Origin: Bilabrum cf. latius
Lineage: Eukaryota
Reading direction: 5' to 3'
NCBI GenBank assembly: GCA_965178125.1
Contig: OZ237744.1
Span: 992,001-1,056,000, forward strand
DNA length: 64,000 nt
Shown here one piece after another: positions 36,974-51,320 of this stretch (position 1 is its first letter; each line of letters starts with the position of its first letter). Made by a program: the position numbers and the translations under genes. The notes beneath the pieces were generated by a model. The model saw only the letters and a list, made by a program, of their open reading frames with translations, was not told the DNA's origin and ran no database searches.

Positions 36974-37150
36974 GATGTACCGGACCCCAAGCGTGCGGTA
37001 GCCCTTTTCACGATGACTGGTGGCTGCTCCGATCCCTGTCTCCAAAAGTGCACTTTACAAATTTGCCTGCGCGCGGCGCCGACCTGTAGCGGAACTGATC
37101 TCGAACTTTGCAGCAAGACAATACATTCGTGTGACAATGAAGCTATCAGC

Positions 37151-40100
37151 ATGAACGTTGCAGTTGAAACGCAGCCAGATGATAGGCTGGCGCACTATTT
37201 TTGCGTAGTTGGCCTGCCTGACATCATTTTCCCGCTTGGTACCGTGGAGGAGGCGCAGGGGCAACCACCTGCGCATGGAGAGATGCCTATTGCAGATGAT
37301 GACAGCGTAATTGGCGGTGATGCCCATGGTCAGCAAGATAATTCTTCTGGGGCCGGCACTGCACGCCCTGCTGAGGCTGTCGGCGGTGGTAAACGGGTTC
37401 TGACGCGTGACGAAATGATCGCTCGTGCTAAGCGAAGAATATTTAACGTGCCAAGCCACCGCAAGAGGTATCACCCTGTCAGTACTGTGTTTTAGCCACT
37501 ACTTTTAGACCAGTACCCGTTTACGGACTACCCGGACCTGCCTCTCTCGCCCGAGCTGGCACAGTTGTGTTTCCCGGCCGGTGCGCTCCTGGTGCGATCC
37601 AAGTACTAGCCGCTCCCGGTGTTCTTTCAATCGGTTATGGTGGATCAGGAATCGAGAGTCTCGTACGTGCACAGCCTGCACTTCTACGAGAAACTGACGG
37701 ATTCGCAAGCTGCGTGCGTGAACATCGACGCTCCCAGGGTGTCCGCACCGGCTGGCGAGCGTGGCGGTGTCTCGCTGGACAAGACAGCGGGCCACGCCAG
37801 AGACGAAGGGGGCCCTGGGACGGGCGTGTTTGCCCCAAAGTGCGTGTCGATCGTGTCTCGCTGGAACTTCCGCGGGTTCAGGGAGTTCCTCGTGCTGCTG
37901 TACAACCTCAGCCTCAGCCCGCTGCCCTTCCCCCTCGAGAGGATCGTGGGGAACTTCATGACGGAGGTGCCGCTTCCTCCCGCGGGCAGAGTCACCGTGC
38001 AATACATGGTCATGCCGGACACGTCAACCATCAGTTTCTCCCGGCCTGCCCCCAACCGCCGGGTGGACCCTTGGGAACTCGACTACCAGGCCGTGTTCGA
38101 GTGCCTGGACCTCGACAACATCGTGCTGCTGCTGCGCTGCATGCTGGTGGAGCGGGCTGTCATCCTGCACTCCACCCAGTTCTCCATGCTTACCCGCGCT
38201 TCAGAGGTCCTAGTGTCCCTGCTCTACCCCCTCAGGTGGCAGGGGCACTACGTCCCCGTGCTGCCTGCCACCGAGCGGGCGCTCATGCTGCTGGACATGA
38301 TGGGCTTTTACCTGTTCGGGATGCACTCTGCGCGACTAGAGAGCGTCAGGGAGTTCATTCGAGAGGACGTTGTGATCGTGGATCTGGATCGGTGAGAGCT
38401 GAAATGGCCGGCTGTCAATCCCAAGTCTGCACGATCCCTCCCCAAGTCGTGACAGCTTGCTCTGCAGTCGCGCACCATGCACGTTACCATGCGACCAATT
38501 CGGCCAAGTTCTGCACTTCCCCCCCCCTACCATCTCTGTCTCAACAACCCATGTTCGCGTGCACGCACCGCAGAAACATCGTAGAGGTGGACGAAGACTA
38601 CCCCGTCCCTGCACTGCCAGCCAGGGCGCACTCGAAGCTCATGGCCAGCCTGCAGCAGCACGCTGACGTGTTCCGGCGCAGGGGCAGTCACTGGAAGGAG
38701 ATGCAGCTAGCCAATTTCGACTCGGCGTTCCAATTCAGCGCCAGGCCTCAGGACCTGGACGATGCAGACGATGCCGGGCCCTACACGCCTGACTGGGAGC
38801 TGACCAGACACGCCTTCCTGAGGCTGTTCACGGCGATCCTGATAGACTACAAGAGGTACTTGATCCTGCCAGAAGAACAGGCGAGCGGTGGGACCGGGGA
38901 TGCACCGGGGGCTGGCGGCGGGCCGGGTGCTGGGGGCGATTTCGGCAGCCGCCGCCAGCCCAGGTTCGACGCCAAGGGGTTCGTGGAGAACCACTACATG
39001 CCCGATGCGGGCCCGCTGCTGGAGCAGCTGGTGGACACGCAGGCCTTCGCTCAGTTCGTGGACGAGAGGCTGGCCGTGGAGGCCGCCAACTCTGTGGGGG
39101 CCATGGCGGCGATGGCTGCGTTCAGGGGGGGAGGGGCGGGCGGGGCCCGCGGGGGGCAGTTCCAGGAGACTGCCGTAAGCCAGACAGTGGCTGTAGACGT
39201 GCAGTTCTTCCACGAGTGCGTGGAGCAGAAACTGGACCGTGGCCTGACGAGGCGCATCGGGGGCACAAAGACCCTGACTCCCTTCATGGACAGCACAGAG
39301 TTCGACCACAAGAAGACCGTCGTTGCGCTGTAGCCCAACCCGGCCGGCCTGCAGCAGGCAATGATGCAGACGCCGGGAGCCTCCCCCGCCCCTGGTTCCA
39401 CGGCTGCGGTGCCCAAGCCGCAGTTCAGGTACGACCGATTTCCCCTGCTGAACGCTCGCCTGTTTGCAGAACCGCGGGAAGTGCGCACGCACGCCGACAA
39501 GCTGGCTCCCGTGACGGTGGCTGGCATCACTCGAGGCGGTCGCACCCAGGCCAACCGTCTGCTTGGGTTCCGCCCCTCGGCCCATCTGGAGGACATTGAC
39601 GTGTCCACGGAGGTGCTGCAGGAGGGGCTGGCCGTCCGTGCCTTCGAGGCGTGGTTCGTGTCTTTCTCTACTGCCCTCCTCGTGCGATTCGGACCCAAGT
39701 CGGCCCACCGCCTCGCAGACATGGTGCGCGTCATGCTGGGCAGGGACGCGGAGGAGGAGCATCAGGGCAGGGACGGGGACGGGTCCTCGGGCCCTCGCAC
39801 GCCCGTGCCTGGTCAAGGAGGGAGGAGACTCTCCTCTGCCTCTGGAAGGAGGGGCGCCGGCGGCGCGCCCCGCGGTGTGACTCCACTGCAGATCAAGGCC
39901 CCGAACACCTCGCAGCCCGCGAGTCCGGCCACAGAGCACCAGCAGGCCGAGGCCATGCGGTACAGGCTGCCGAGCGATGCAAGCCTCGACGGGCTGGACA
40001 ATGGAGCCGGGGCTGGGGCCAGTGGCACCGCAGGACGGGCCGGCGCCGATGAAGCGGCTGCTGTTGTAGCCGGCCACGTAGCATCGGCTGGGTCGGCGGC

Positions 40101-43100
40101 GGGGGCCGGTGACGGCACACCGGGCCTCAGCAGCACGGACGCACAGGCCCACGGCAGGCGAGGCAGCCTCGCCTCGAGGGCCACAGCGGGGAGCGAGCTG
40201 ACGATGCTGGACAAGGACTTCGGTTCCAGCATCCGCGACCTGCGGTCACTCGCGGAGGCCAGGGGCGTCGAGCCGGAGCTGGGGCCCAGCGTGGGGGTGA
40301 GCGCTTTCGGGCCCAGGGACGAGACCGGCGGTGCTGGTGCTGGCGCTGGACCGGCTGCAGAGACGCCGAGTGGCACCGTTGGTCTGTTCCCCATCTCCGA
40401 GGCCGGGGAGGCGGAAGGTGGGCAGGAGGAGGGGTCGTATGGAGGGCTTGGGGTGCCGGTGCAGCAGCAGCAGCAGCAGCAGCAGCAGGCGGAGGAGGAG
40501 GACCCCGTGGGGGAGGCCATCAGCGTGCTCGAGGACGAGTTTGCTGTGTTTGGAGTCAGGGGCCGGTCCTACTCGAGGACGATGCGAGGGGGCTCGGGGG
40601 ATGCTAGCGGGGAGGTGGGGCAGTCGATCGGGGGCACGGCAGCCGCAGGGCACGCGGCAGACGACGTGCTGCGGGCGGAGGCGGCCCGCGGTGCGCCCAA
40701 CTCACCGCCTTCGGGCAGCAGGTCCTTGCCGCTGACTGTCGAGGGCGGGAGCGCATCGGGCGCAGATCTGGCGCTGACCACCCCGCTGCAGCCCAAGGGC
40801 TCCGCCGCCTCGCTTCCCGGCACCGGCCCCGCCTCCGCTGTGGCTGCCTTATCCGCCATGAGGCCCCGGACCACCTCAGAGGCCGAGCTGCCTCTTGCCG
40901 AGCTGCTGCGGGCCAAGGCACTTGACGGCGCTCTGGGCCGCATCCTCAAGGCCGCCAAGGGCATGCCTCGGGTGACAGCCCGCCGGGCCGCTCTGCCCGT
41001 CCTGCTGCACCACGTGATGACCTTGGCCTTGGAACTCAAGTGCCTCGGTCGGGCCGTCGAGGCTGCCGAGGCGCTGGAGAGGATCGGCCAGCGTCCTGAC
41101 GTTGCCATCAACTACATGCTGCAGGCCGCTGCCCTGGGCGCCGCGGGGGGAGGCGCCACCACGGGCACATCCGAGTCCCTGCGGCAGCGGCTGCAGGCGC
41201 TGGCTAGGCGAGGGTACGACAGACGCAAGGACCGGGCCCTGCGCGAGAGGAAGAGGGCGGAGCAGAGGTCGGCCTCCCACAGGCGAAGGGAGGAGGAGGA
41301 GGAGCGGCAGCTGGCGGCCGACGCGCAGCCACAGCAGCAGAGGAGTTTATTTAGTCGATTCTTTGGAAGGGGTTCTGCTGCAGAGGCTCCGGCGCCCGCA
41401 GCCCCTGCGATACCCGGCGCGGCCACGCCGGGGGCCGCTGGAGACCCAGGCCTCTCGCGGACGCACAGCATGTCCGTGTCGAGCCAGGACCAGGATGACG
41501 CGGGGTCGATCTCGTCCAGCCACGACGCGGGCTCGCTGGACGCGTCCGGGGTGATCTCGCGCGCTTCTAGCGCTGGCGAAGACGACGGGCCCGTGGACGT
41601 GCTGGAGCGGTGGTTCCCCGGGCTGCGGATCGACACGTCGTACAGCAAGTGCAGCGCGTGCGACTCGCAGCTCACCGCCGCCGACGTGCAGTCGGGGTGG
41701 TCGCGCAGCGAGAACTCGTACACGACCGCGTGTCCCTACTGCAGGGGCTTCGGCAGGGACTGGCGTGCCAAGGCGGAGGAGGCCCAGGACAAGTGCATCG
41801 AGATCACGCCGGTGCTGGCGGAGAAGTGGGCGGATGAGTTCAAGGCCAGGCGCAAGTTCCAGAAGAGGCTCGTGGCCAGGATGGCCATCGTCGCTGACGG
41901 TGACATGGCCAATGCGGGCAGGCCGGTCCGGCCCGGTGGACGGCGGCACAAGCACCGGCGGCGGCTGACTGCGGCAAAGTCGCTCTCGTCCGAGCTGGAG
42001 GGGGAGGGCGGGGCCGGTGAGGATGGCCCGGTGGAAGCCTCGGAGGGGGACGTGAAGCGGGGCATATGGGTGGGGGACACGGGGCCCAGCACGCCTCTGG
42101 TGGTGGAGATGCTGTCGCCCTGGGTCGTCCTCAAGTAGCTGAAGAAGTACCTCATGAACGCAGAGGCGGGCGAGGGCAGCGCGGTTGAGTCGCCCACCAT
42201 GCACGCCCATCGACGGCTGTCCATGCGCATGAACTCCACCCGCAGCGCGGGCTCGCTCATGGCTGCCGCCTCAAAGCGGGCAGACGAGGCAGCCGAGAGG
42301 GAGGAGGAAAACGCCCTCGTGCTGCTGCGCGCGGTGCTCGCGTTGCGGAGGCACTCGGCGCCCGTGTTCTGGAACTGCGTCGTGCTCTTCCGGCAGCACG
42401 GGCTGCCCTCGTCACACCTGGTCATGTGCGCCAGTGCTCCCAGTGCTGAGGCGGACGAGTGGCTGGGGCCGCCGCCCGTGCCCGCCGTGTACAGGGGCAG
42501 GCTCCTGCTGCCGGCTGACGGGGGAGAGGCGGAGATGCCGGGCATTCAGGAGGCTCTGCTTGCCGCCGCGGAACCGGCGCCGCGCACGCCAACGGGGTAG
42601 TCCACAGGGGGAGGAGGGGAAGGAGGTAGCATCGGGGAATCGCAGCAGGCCCCCGGCGCTGCGAGCCACCTGAAGCACCGCAGCATTCGGGAGGCCATGC
42701 GGCTGCTGACCAGCCCGACGGTGCGCCGCCTCCTGGTACCCAGGGGCAGGGCGTCTGCTTCCGGCCTGAGCGCGCAGCACTCGCTCTACCAGGGCAGCGA
42801 TGCGGTGGCTCCTCTACCGGCAGAGGCAGAGAGCTCCCAGGCGCAGGGAACAAGCAACGGAAACGCCGTGTCAGGGCAGACAGAGGAGCCCGCGGCCCCT
42901 CGGCACCACCCGTACCAGACTCTGGCCAGCTTGCCCCGATCCGTGTTCAGCTGGAGCTCGGCCGACGTGCTGGCACTGCCGGGTGCTGGCGGCAGCAGGC
43001 TCCCAGCAGGGGATGGTGCATCGCACCCCGGCACACCCACCGGTGCGTCGGTCGCTGGCGCTGGAGCCGGGGCAGCTGTGGCTCGCTCGCCCGCACAGCG

Positions 43101-44007
43101 CGCCAGCAGCTCTCCCAAGCTGCTTCAGTCCCCCCGAGGCTCGACGCAGGCCAGAGGGGGAGGAGGCGGCGGGCAGCCGGCGCAGGCACAAGCAATGGCC
43201 TCGCCCGCGGCTCCCAGCGGGGGGTCGGAGAGTGTGGGTGCTGACACGATGTTCATGGCCAGCCCTCGGTCACCCAGGGGGGGACTGGCAGCTGGCAGCC
43301 AGGGAACAACAGAGGGAACAACGGCGCGCGCACCGGCTCCATAGGGAGCGCATTTCGCTCCGAATCCTCCCGGAGGACGCGGGGGCGCGCCCCCTGCCGC
43401 CCACAGCGGGCACGGGCGCAGCTCCACTGTGATGGTGGGGGGGGGTGCCCTTGAGGTCACGGTGAGCGGGAGGGGCAGCGGGGCAGGGGCCGCTGGCAGC
43501 GGACCGGGAGGGCACCGAGCGTCGAGCTCCATGTCTATCCCCAGCGGGGCTGGTGCTGGACCCAGGGGCGCAGGCGGGATCGGTGTCGGGGCAGTGCGCG
43601 GCGCCGGTGGGTTCCGCATGCGGCTGGGCGATTTCCTGGGCAAATCCAAGGGTGCGGCGCCTTCTGCAGGGGATGCAGGCACGGGGGAGCAGGGGCAGGG
43701 TGCCCGCCTTGGGGGGAACACAGCGGATGTGGCCGGTGGATCCGCCCCGCTAGGTGCGGGAAGCGCGCACGGGCGCGACAACGATGGGCAGGTAGGGGGA
43801 GGGGGCAGGCCGCCCGCTGTGCCTGGGCATTCGAGGATGGGCTCTGTCGCGTCGGTGCAAGGCGTGAGTTCCGCACGGTCGGGGCAGGCAGATATCGCCA
43901 GGGAAGTGACCCCAACTTCCGCGGCGGTGTGGGCGGCGAACCTGGGTGCAGGAGGTGCCGACGCTGACGGCGATGGGGAGATGGGCGGCTCGACTGGACA
44001 GAGCTGA
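37151..44007 (+). CDS. DENN-domain Rab GEF, DENND4-like; intron 38392-38573
   Basis: LAHYFCVVGL, LCFP.G, PKCVSIVSRW, LLYPLRWQGHYVPVLP, DTQAFAQFVDER, plus a DENND4-like C-terminal module (CSAC...GW...YTTACPYC, LSPWVVLK, PVFWN...LPS); 6 in-frame TAGs; ends TGA. Confidence 0.88.
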
Positions 44008-44205
44008 TCGATTTTTTTTGGGAGCATCTGCGAGACTGTCTGGGTTTGGAGGCGCCATTGAAACTATTCGTTTATCTATTCCTCATGATTCTGCGGATTT
44101 TGCACGGAGCCCAAAACCGGAATGCCTACTGCGTGTCAGTGGCTTCCTGGAACACAACACTTCAAAGATTCGAAAGGCTGAAACTCGTACTAGTCGCATT
44201 GCAGC

Positions 44206-46653
44206 ATGGCATTAGTCGATGCGGGACCTCTTGAGGTTCTCACGAAAGATGCAGCATGGCTGTCTGCACCGAGCAGGAGCATATACCAACCGTTCAGCGG
44301 CGCCGTCCTTGTGAAGACCAGAGCGAACACGATAGCATCCAGCGACGTCGCTGTCGGGTAGCACTTTGCACCACTTCTCATGCGGGGTCCGTTTCGGTCC
44401 AAGCTAATCATTGAAGCGCAGTCAAGTCCTGGCACGCACTCTGTTGGTCTGCAGGTACGAGTTGCCTCAGATGTCTGGTCCGCAGCAGTCGCTGTAATCG
44501 ATTCATCGTCAGGGTCTTTCGCCATTCGAATGTTTACCACTAGACCAGATGGGACCAGTGCAACTAAATGCGAGCTGAAGACGGTCCAAACCACTCTTGC
44601 TCCAGGTGCAACTGTGGCCATAGAGTTCTAGTCTCAGTGGAAACCAGCCACCGGTCTCGTATCGTTTGCAGCCCGCGTTGGATCCATGGCTTCTCTTGCT
44701 ACGGTACCATTCCAGCAGCTCGGCACGGAGTCGCTTGGCCGAGGATGGCCGGGTAGCACCGTGGGCGTCGGACCCTGCCTGGGATCGAGCGGGACCGCGA
44801 GCCTGCAGGCCCTTGTCCGTAGCTTCAGGGCCATCAACGATAACCTCAGATCGTTGGAAACATCGATTTCGAAAGCACGGGCCGGGGTGGAGTCCGGCCC
44901 AGCGGATACATCAGCCTCAAGCTCAGTTGCAGTCCGATCATCGGGTGCCACAAGCAGTGGTGACTCTGCCGGCGCAGTGCGAGTTGGAATGCAGCTGCCA
45001 CCCTCCGTGCTTCGACCCGACTCGTTGGACTCGCTGGCGTCCCGATCGCAGCTGGACAGAGCAGGCGTGCAGCTGCTGCCCGCCACGGTGTTCAAGGCCG
45101 GGGCCCACCTGGAGGCCGGTGGGGCGCCTGCACCTGCGGCCTCCCCAAGCCCGGCCCATGGTGTTAGACCAGGGGGAGGTCGCGGCACTCCTGCAGGGGC
45201 AGCGGGCAAGTGCTCTGGCAAGCCCGTGGCATCGGTCACCCTGGGGGGCGGCGGCGAGCACCAGTGGCCGCCAGGCGTCCGGAGGCCGGGGGCACGACCG
45301 ATCGGAGCATCTGTTCCCCAGGGAACAGTGGGACCCTCCGAGGCCGCGATCCAGCGATCCGAGGCCTTGCTGTCAGGGGCCACCGGTCGTCGCCTGGAGC
45401 TGCACGACTTCTACCGGTCTGTCGGCGGCATGGAGCGACCTGGGGTAGAGCAGAGCGGCGGGACACAACGTGCGGGCGGGGACTCGGCCGGCAAGCCGAG
45501 AGATGGCGGCGACTCGGCGGAAAGGTCCGTCTAGCAGTCACGCGACCTCACCATCGACGAGATCCTGGGCTGCATGGACTCGGGTATCACCAGGAAACAG
45601 ACTCGTCCCGGCCCCGGCTTGCGAACGAGGGGCAGCGGCAGCATCCCCGAATCCGAGCTGCCGGTCCCATCGAGCCGGCCATCTGCAGGCGCGCGGGCCG
45701 GTCCATCCGGCGCCGCAGCGGCCGATCCCAGCGGAGGTAGCAGCAAGGGTCCAGGCCTGTTGGGGCCCTCGGACCCGCGCTGGTCGAATCCCGTCCGCAA
45801 CGAGATCCAGCACTCCGTGGTCACTGACCTGGGCTTCCTCATGGACAGGTACAGGAAAGGGGCGGGCGCGGGAGCGGGGACTGGAAGCGGAGATGGAGCG
45901 CTTGCCGTGGGGTCAGTCGCGAGGGGTCTTGAGGCGATGGTGCGGCCGGCGGCCAGCATGAAGGCTTCCAAGGGATCGGGCGCGGCACCTATGGCTGACG
46001 ACGACGAGGATGGTTCTGGCAGTAGCATCAAGGGCGCAGGTAACGCCGTGAGCGTGGAGGGCGGGTCCAGCCAGCAGCCTGCCGGATCGCTCGACAAGGG
46101 CCTGCAGATGCTGCAGCAAGCATTCGCGTCCGGGGCGGGGTCAGGGTCTTAGGCCCGCGGTAGGGACACGCCCATCTGGGGTGCCGAGCATGGCAAGCGC
46201 AAGGGCGGCGTGCACGAATCTGGGGAGACGGGGGCAGGGGCGGGGGCGGGGGGCCCAGCAAAGCCATTCGGGGTGTCCCCGAGCTCGAAGGGAGTTCAAT
46301 CCAGGGGAAGCGATGGGGTAGGAATGCCTCCAGCAGGGTCGGAGGGAATGGTGATGAGCGAGAGCTAGGCAGGCGACGACATCGCCGCAATCATGGCCAG
46401 CATCGCCCGCCGACCGCAGCCCGGGGCAAGTGCTGGCGGTGACCCCAAGCTGGTAGAGGTGCAGGCGGCCGAGGACCAGGACATCCGGGAGCTCCTGCTA
46501 TTCGAGTATGGGGGCAGCAAGGCGATGAAGAGGTCGAGGTTGCCTGGCGGTTGGTCCCTGCATGCGGATGACCTGCAAGCAGGGGGGAGTGTTTAGGTGC
46601 CGCCAGGGCGCGAAGCAGAAGGGACGAAGTCGCCACCGGGCGAAGATATTTGA
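44206..46653 (+). CDS. Hypothetical protein, ~815 aa
   Basis: Four same-frame ORF fragments joined by 6 TAGs, from ATG 44206 to TGA 46651-46653. Confidence 0.62.
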
Positions 46654-46770
46654 TGCTGGCAGGTCTGTGCAGGCGTGCCATGGTTTGGTTTGGAGTCCAA
46701 ACTTTGGACAGAGCAAAAGTGAATCCGAAATCCAGAATCCGGAAGTATGCGTTCAGAGCACCAGCGCAGG

Positions 46771-47320
46771 TCAACCATCGGCGATGAAATCGTCAAGGTC
46801 ACCGAAATCGTCCTCTGACTCCCAGTCGCCCCCTTCGTCCTCGAGGATCCACTGCCGCACGGTGGTATTGCTCGTCAGGCCGGCCGCTCGGCTACGCCGG
46901 ATTTGCCGCAACCGGGCGACGCCGCCCCGGCCCCCACGCCCGCGCCGGCTTCCACGCCCACGCCGACCGCGCCCGCTTGCTATGGCTGCCCCGCGGTCAA
47001 CTAGTCCGATCCCACCCAGTGCTGACGCACCTATCGCGTGAGATCCACCTGCTGCAATGCTGCCTCCTATTGTCGAATCGGCACCGCCAGCTCGCGCAGG
47101 CTGGCTGGTGGCCTGCATACCATCGCGAGAGCTGGCCGGATCTGGTCGTGCGCGGATGCGCCCCCGGCGCTTGGGCCACTTGGAGCACACGGCCAGGGCC
47201 TTGGAGAGCGCAGCGGATGCGGAGGAGAATGCGGCGCTGTGAGTACCCTACGAAGCGCTCAGCTGTGCGATGTCGCCTGGCCGCAAGGCGCCAGAGCTGC
47301 TAGCCGCCCCGCTTGCAGCC

Positions 47321-47352
<32 letters not shown>

Positions 47353-50300
47353 ACTTGAGGTGGGTGCCGGTGGGTGAGGCTGTCCTGATCCTGACGGTCT
47401 GCCTCCCTCTAGTCTTCTAGACAAGGCTGCGGCCGCATCCACAGCGCGGCCCGCCGACTCCAGACACCCTGGCAGACAGTCCCTCTCCGGCTTGGTCTGC
47501 AGCATGCCGATCCCTGCCGTCACCTCTCTGTGGAAATAGACAGAGAGGTGCTGCAGGAGGGACGCAGACAGCGCAATCAGCCTCCTGAGCTCAGCTTCGG
47601 ATTGCGCGTCCAGATCGGCGAGACCGCCATTCGCGAGTCCTTGCATGACCCTACCAAGGGCAGCGCAGATCTGCTCCAGGGAGCCGGCTACGCTGCGCCT
47701 CTGCTGCACAGAGAGCCAGCCCGCCGCCATTGCCGCCACTCTGTCGTACTTGCCCTCGCCGTCCTCTGCAGCCTTGAAGGCGATCGGAGGCAGTGGCGGC
47801 TCCATTGTCGCTCCACCCGCGCCATCGCGATCATCGCCACCGTCCTCGTTATCGCTGTCCGATGCATCCAGCCCAAGCAGGGGTCTAACCCCCGAGGTAC
47901 TCGGTCCCGGGACCGTCCTCGATGGCTCCAGCCCGAGTGCCGCTTCGATCGCATCCGTCGAGACCAGCTTCGGGTTTTGCACAAAGAGAGGGGACAGGGC
48001 CTCCATGGCTGCGAGGAGGCCAGCCAGCTTGGCGGGACACTGGCTGCCAGCCCCGTCACCAGGCGCGTCAACGGTTTCAGGGTCTGGGAATGCTACGTTC
48101 GCAAGACCCCTGACGCACTCAGCGAGACCGGCTAGAGCCGAGGCGCAGCATCGACCCGCCAGTGCAGAGCCCGGGTAGGACCGCTGCACGGACAGCGAGT
48201 GGGGATGCATGGCGGTGGGCAGGTATCCGGACCCCTGCCGCCGCAGCTGCTCTCTCGGTGCCTGCCTGCACGACACCGCCGCTGTCTCTGCCATGAACAT
48301 GGCAGTCTCCACCAGAAATGGGGCGTCAACACTTGCGGCTCCCCGGCTCGCCTCCATCGTGGCGCTGTCCCGCACCAGCTCTATAGCCTCGGCGAGGACG
48401 ACCCCCGACTGCCTGCTGCAGCACAGTGCAAGCCGCCTGCACGCCTGCAGCACGATGAGGCCGCACGACTGCACGGGCCACGCCGCCGCACCAGACTGTT
48501 CATCCAGCTGCCAGTCAGGAGGTTCGTACATCGCGCTGCCATCGGACGGCGCAGTCCGCCTGACCAATTCGGCACCAATGCGCCTGCCGCTGCTCTACTC
48601 AACCGTCCTAGCCGCCGACTTGGGCTGGCTCCGCCGCAGCGACCCAAGAGATCCAAGAACGCTTGATTTCTTCGGCGAAGGCGTTCTCGTGCGCTCAGAT
48701 CGTGCACCGGGATGATCTGCTTGTGCTAGAGCAGAAACAGCCAGCGGTGTTGCCGCCGGCGATGAAGCGGCTCCGCTTGATGATGATCTTGGCGGTGCAA
48801 CTATGGATGGCGCTTCTGCAATGTACGCTCCAATCCATCGCCTTCGGCAGCAATCGACCCAATCAACGGATGGAGCTGTCGCAGACCCCGCGGCGCCATC
48901 CTACAGAGCCCCGCCATCGTCGGGTTCCGCAGCCTCCGTCGCCCGGTGGAGCCGCCACGCCCACCGTATAGTGCTCCTGTAAGACGCCAGCAGCGATTCG
49001 GACACGTTCAGCTAGAAATCGAAAAGAAGAGACCAGGAAAGGAAGCAAGCGATGGTCCCGAAGATGCGCAGCTCTCGCTCGCTCACGTCGGCAGCCAAGC
49101 CGCTTGCCCAGCGTATCAAGCCGGCAATGAGCTGCGTGCAGCGTGACAGGACCGCAGGCTCTGGCTAGTGTCGACTGAACAAATCCATGCGGCCCTCTGC
49201 TTGCACACGTGCCAGCGCTTGGCCCGATTCCGCGAGGGCATGCAGCGCCCACACCTTTGCCTCTAGCACGGCCAGCGTCACCGACTCTGCTTCCATCGCT
49301 AGCTCCATGCTAGCTGCAGCATCCGCTCTAAAGCTTGAGCGAATCTGAGACACCACGGCAGTCGAGAGAGCACCGCCATCCAGGTTGGTGTATGAGGCCA
49401 GCCTGCCACTGAACCTGTCTGACTCTTCAACGCACCGTCGAGGTCCGGAGAACAGAGATTGAAGAAGACCCAGGCTCGCCGATACGCTGCTGGCTGCTGC
49501 TAGCACGTGCGTGGTATCCAGCTGAAGCGCTTCGGCAAGCCGCCTTGCATTTCTGCGCACTCCAATCATGGAATAGTACGGGGCGCGTGTGGATGCTTCT
49601 ATTCCTGCACCTATTCCATCTCTGGGGATTCCTGCTTGCCGCTCTCGCGCGGTCAATTCCTCAGACGAGCGGACAGCCTCCACAAGCACGTGCGCAGCCA
49701 CCCCGCGAGCCGAGTCCAAGCTGTCAGTGTCCCTGCACTGCCTCCTCCACGCCATGGTCCTCGCCCCGCTGGCCCGACCAAGGTCCACCGCAGGGGCTTC
49801 CTCAGCGCCCCCGGTCGCATCAAGCCCCTCCAGCACGCAGGACTCGCACAGTGCCGTCCAGAAGTGCAGCTGGCCGACTGCCTGGTGAAGGGAAGCGGGC
49901 CGTGCGGCACCACCTGAGGTTAGGCTGCTGGCATGTCCCGCATCGAGCAGGCCCAGGGCGCACACCATGTCCAAGATACCGTCGGCCGCCTTAATTCCAG
50001 CCGTTGAAGCCGATGGCTCGCCCTTGGTGGCAGGCTCCCGCCCGATACCGCACGCAGCTGCCAGCCAGGCCGGGTCAGCAGCTCGCATCACCATGTCCCG
50101 CAATACGCGCGCCGCATCTCTGGGATCGCTTGCGCCGTCTGCGTCCCTTGCGCCAATTTTAAATACACCACTGAAATCAAGTTCATAGCGTTGCAAACCC
50201 GACTTATCGCTTGCTTTGCTCCTAATATCTCCAGGTGGTGCCGACTCATCCGCCGCACCGCCGCTGCCTCCTTCAATCGCGCCTCGCCCAGGTGTCAAGC

Positions 50301-51186
50301 CAGGCAGGCCAGTGCAATGAACGATCGAGGCTAGGACCGTGAGACAGGCGCCCACCTAGTAAAGCGTGAGCTCACGCTCGTGCTCGAACGCTGGTACTCC
50401 TGCAGCACTCGGGGCTGAGCCACCCGTCCTTCGAGCACGTTCGTTCCAACTGTCCAGCACGTCACAGCACACGCGCAGGCATGCCAGGCTCGTCGATGCA
50501 ACCGCACAGTCTTTCTATAACATAGCGACTACAGGGAGGTTCCTAGCAAGTCTGAGGCCATCAGCCAAGTCCATTAAGCAGGATGCAGCCGTGTCGCTGC
50601 TAATCAGAGCATCCTTGAACCGAGGACTTCGCGAGGATTTGGCGAGGCACATGCATGCAAACAGCCTAACCAATGTATTCCCAGAATGCTTTGCCAGAGT
50701 CAGCAACGACTGGCGGAGGGAATCAAGCGCGATGTCTCCAAGCGGATGGGCTGGCGACAAGCCATGGGCAGCGACTGCGGCGGCAAAGCACAGCGATAGA
50801 ACGCCCGAACACACATTAGCCTTCGAAACAGTCAATTTGGTGAGGATCATGGTGTCTGACTAAATCTATGTGGCAGCATACCTGCCAATTCTGGCCATGG
50901 AATGCCACGATCCCCTGCATATACAAGTCGACGCTATTGCGCTAACTGCCGCCAGGTGCCCCGCTCTTTGCGTGTCAACCATCCCATCGTTGCCTAAAAT
51001 TGTCTCCGTGATGCGGTAAAACTGCATTGGGGCCACATCAGAAGCCTGTAGCGACAACTATACCCCATCAATAACCCGTTCAAGTTCAACACTCGAATTT
51101 CCTGACTCAACAATGGATTGGTGAGGTTCTTGTGGAGTCTTGGAGAGAGAAGCAGCTACGTCCAATACAATTTCGGATAAGCTCAT
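46771..51186 (-). CDS. Large Ala/Leu-rich, probably alpha-helical hypothetical protein, ~1470 aa
   Basis: Six same-frame ORF fragments joined by 9 TAGs with no TAA/TGA over 4.4 kb; RG-rich then acidic C-terminal motif. Confidence 0.72.
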
Positions 51187-51320
51187 CGAAATAACGACAT
51201 AATGGACTCCAAAGACGGTGCGAGAAGTAAAGGAGCAAACTTGTTGTGCGCTTGTGTGATGAATGTGCAATAAATGAAAGAAGAATGGAGCGACAAATTG
51301 AATGGGCAGCTGCAGATGCG

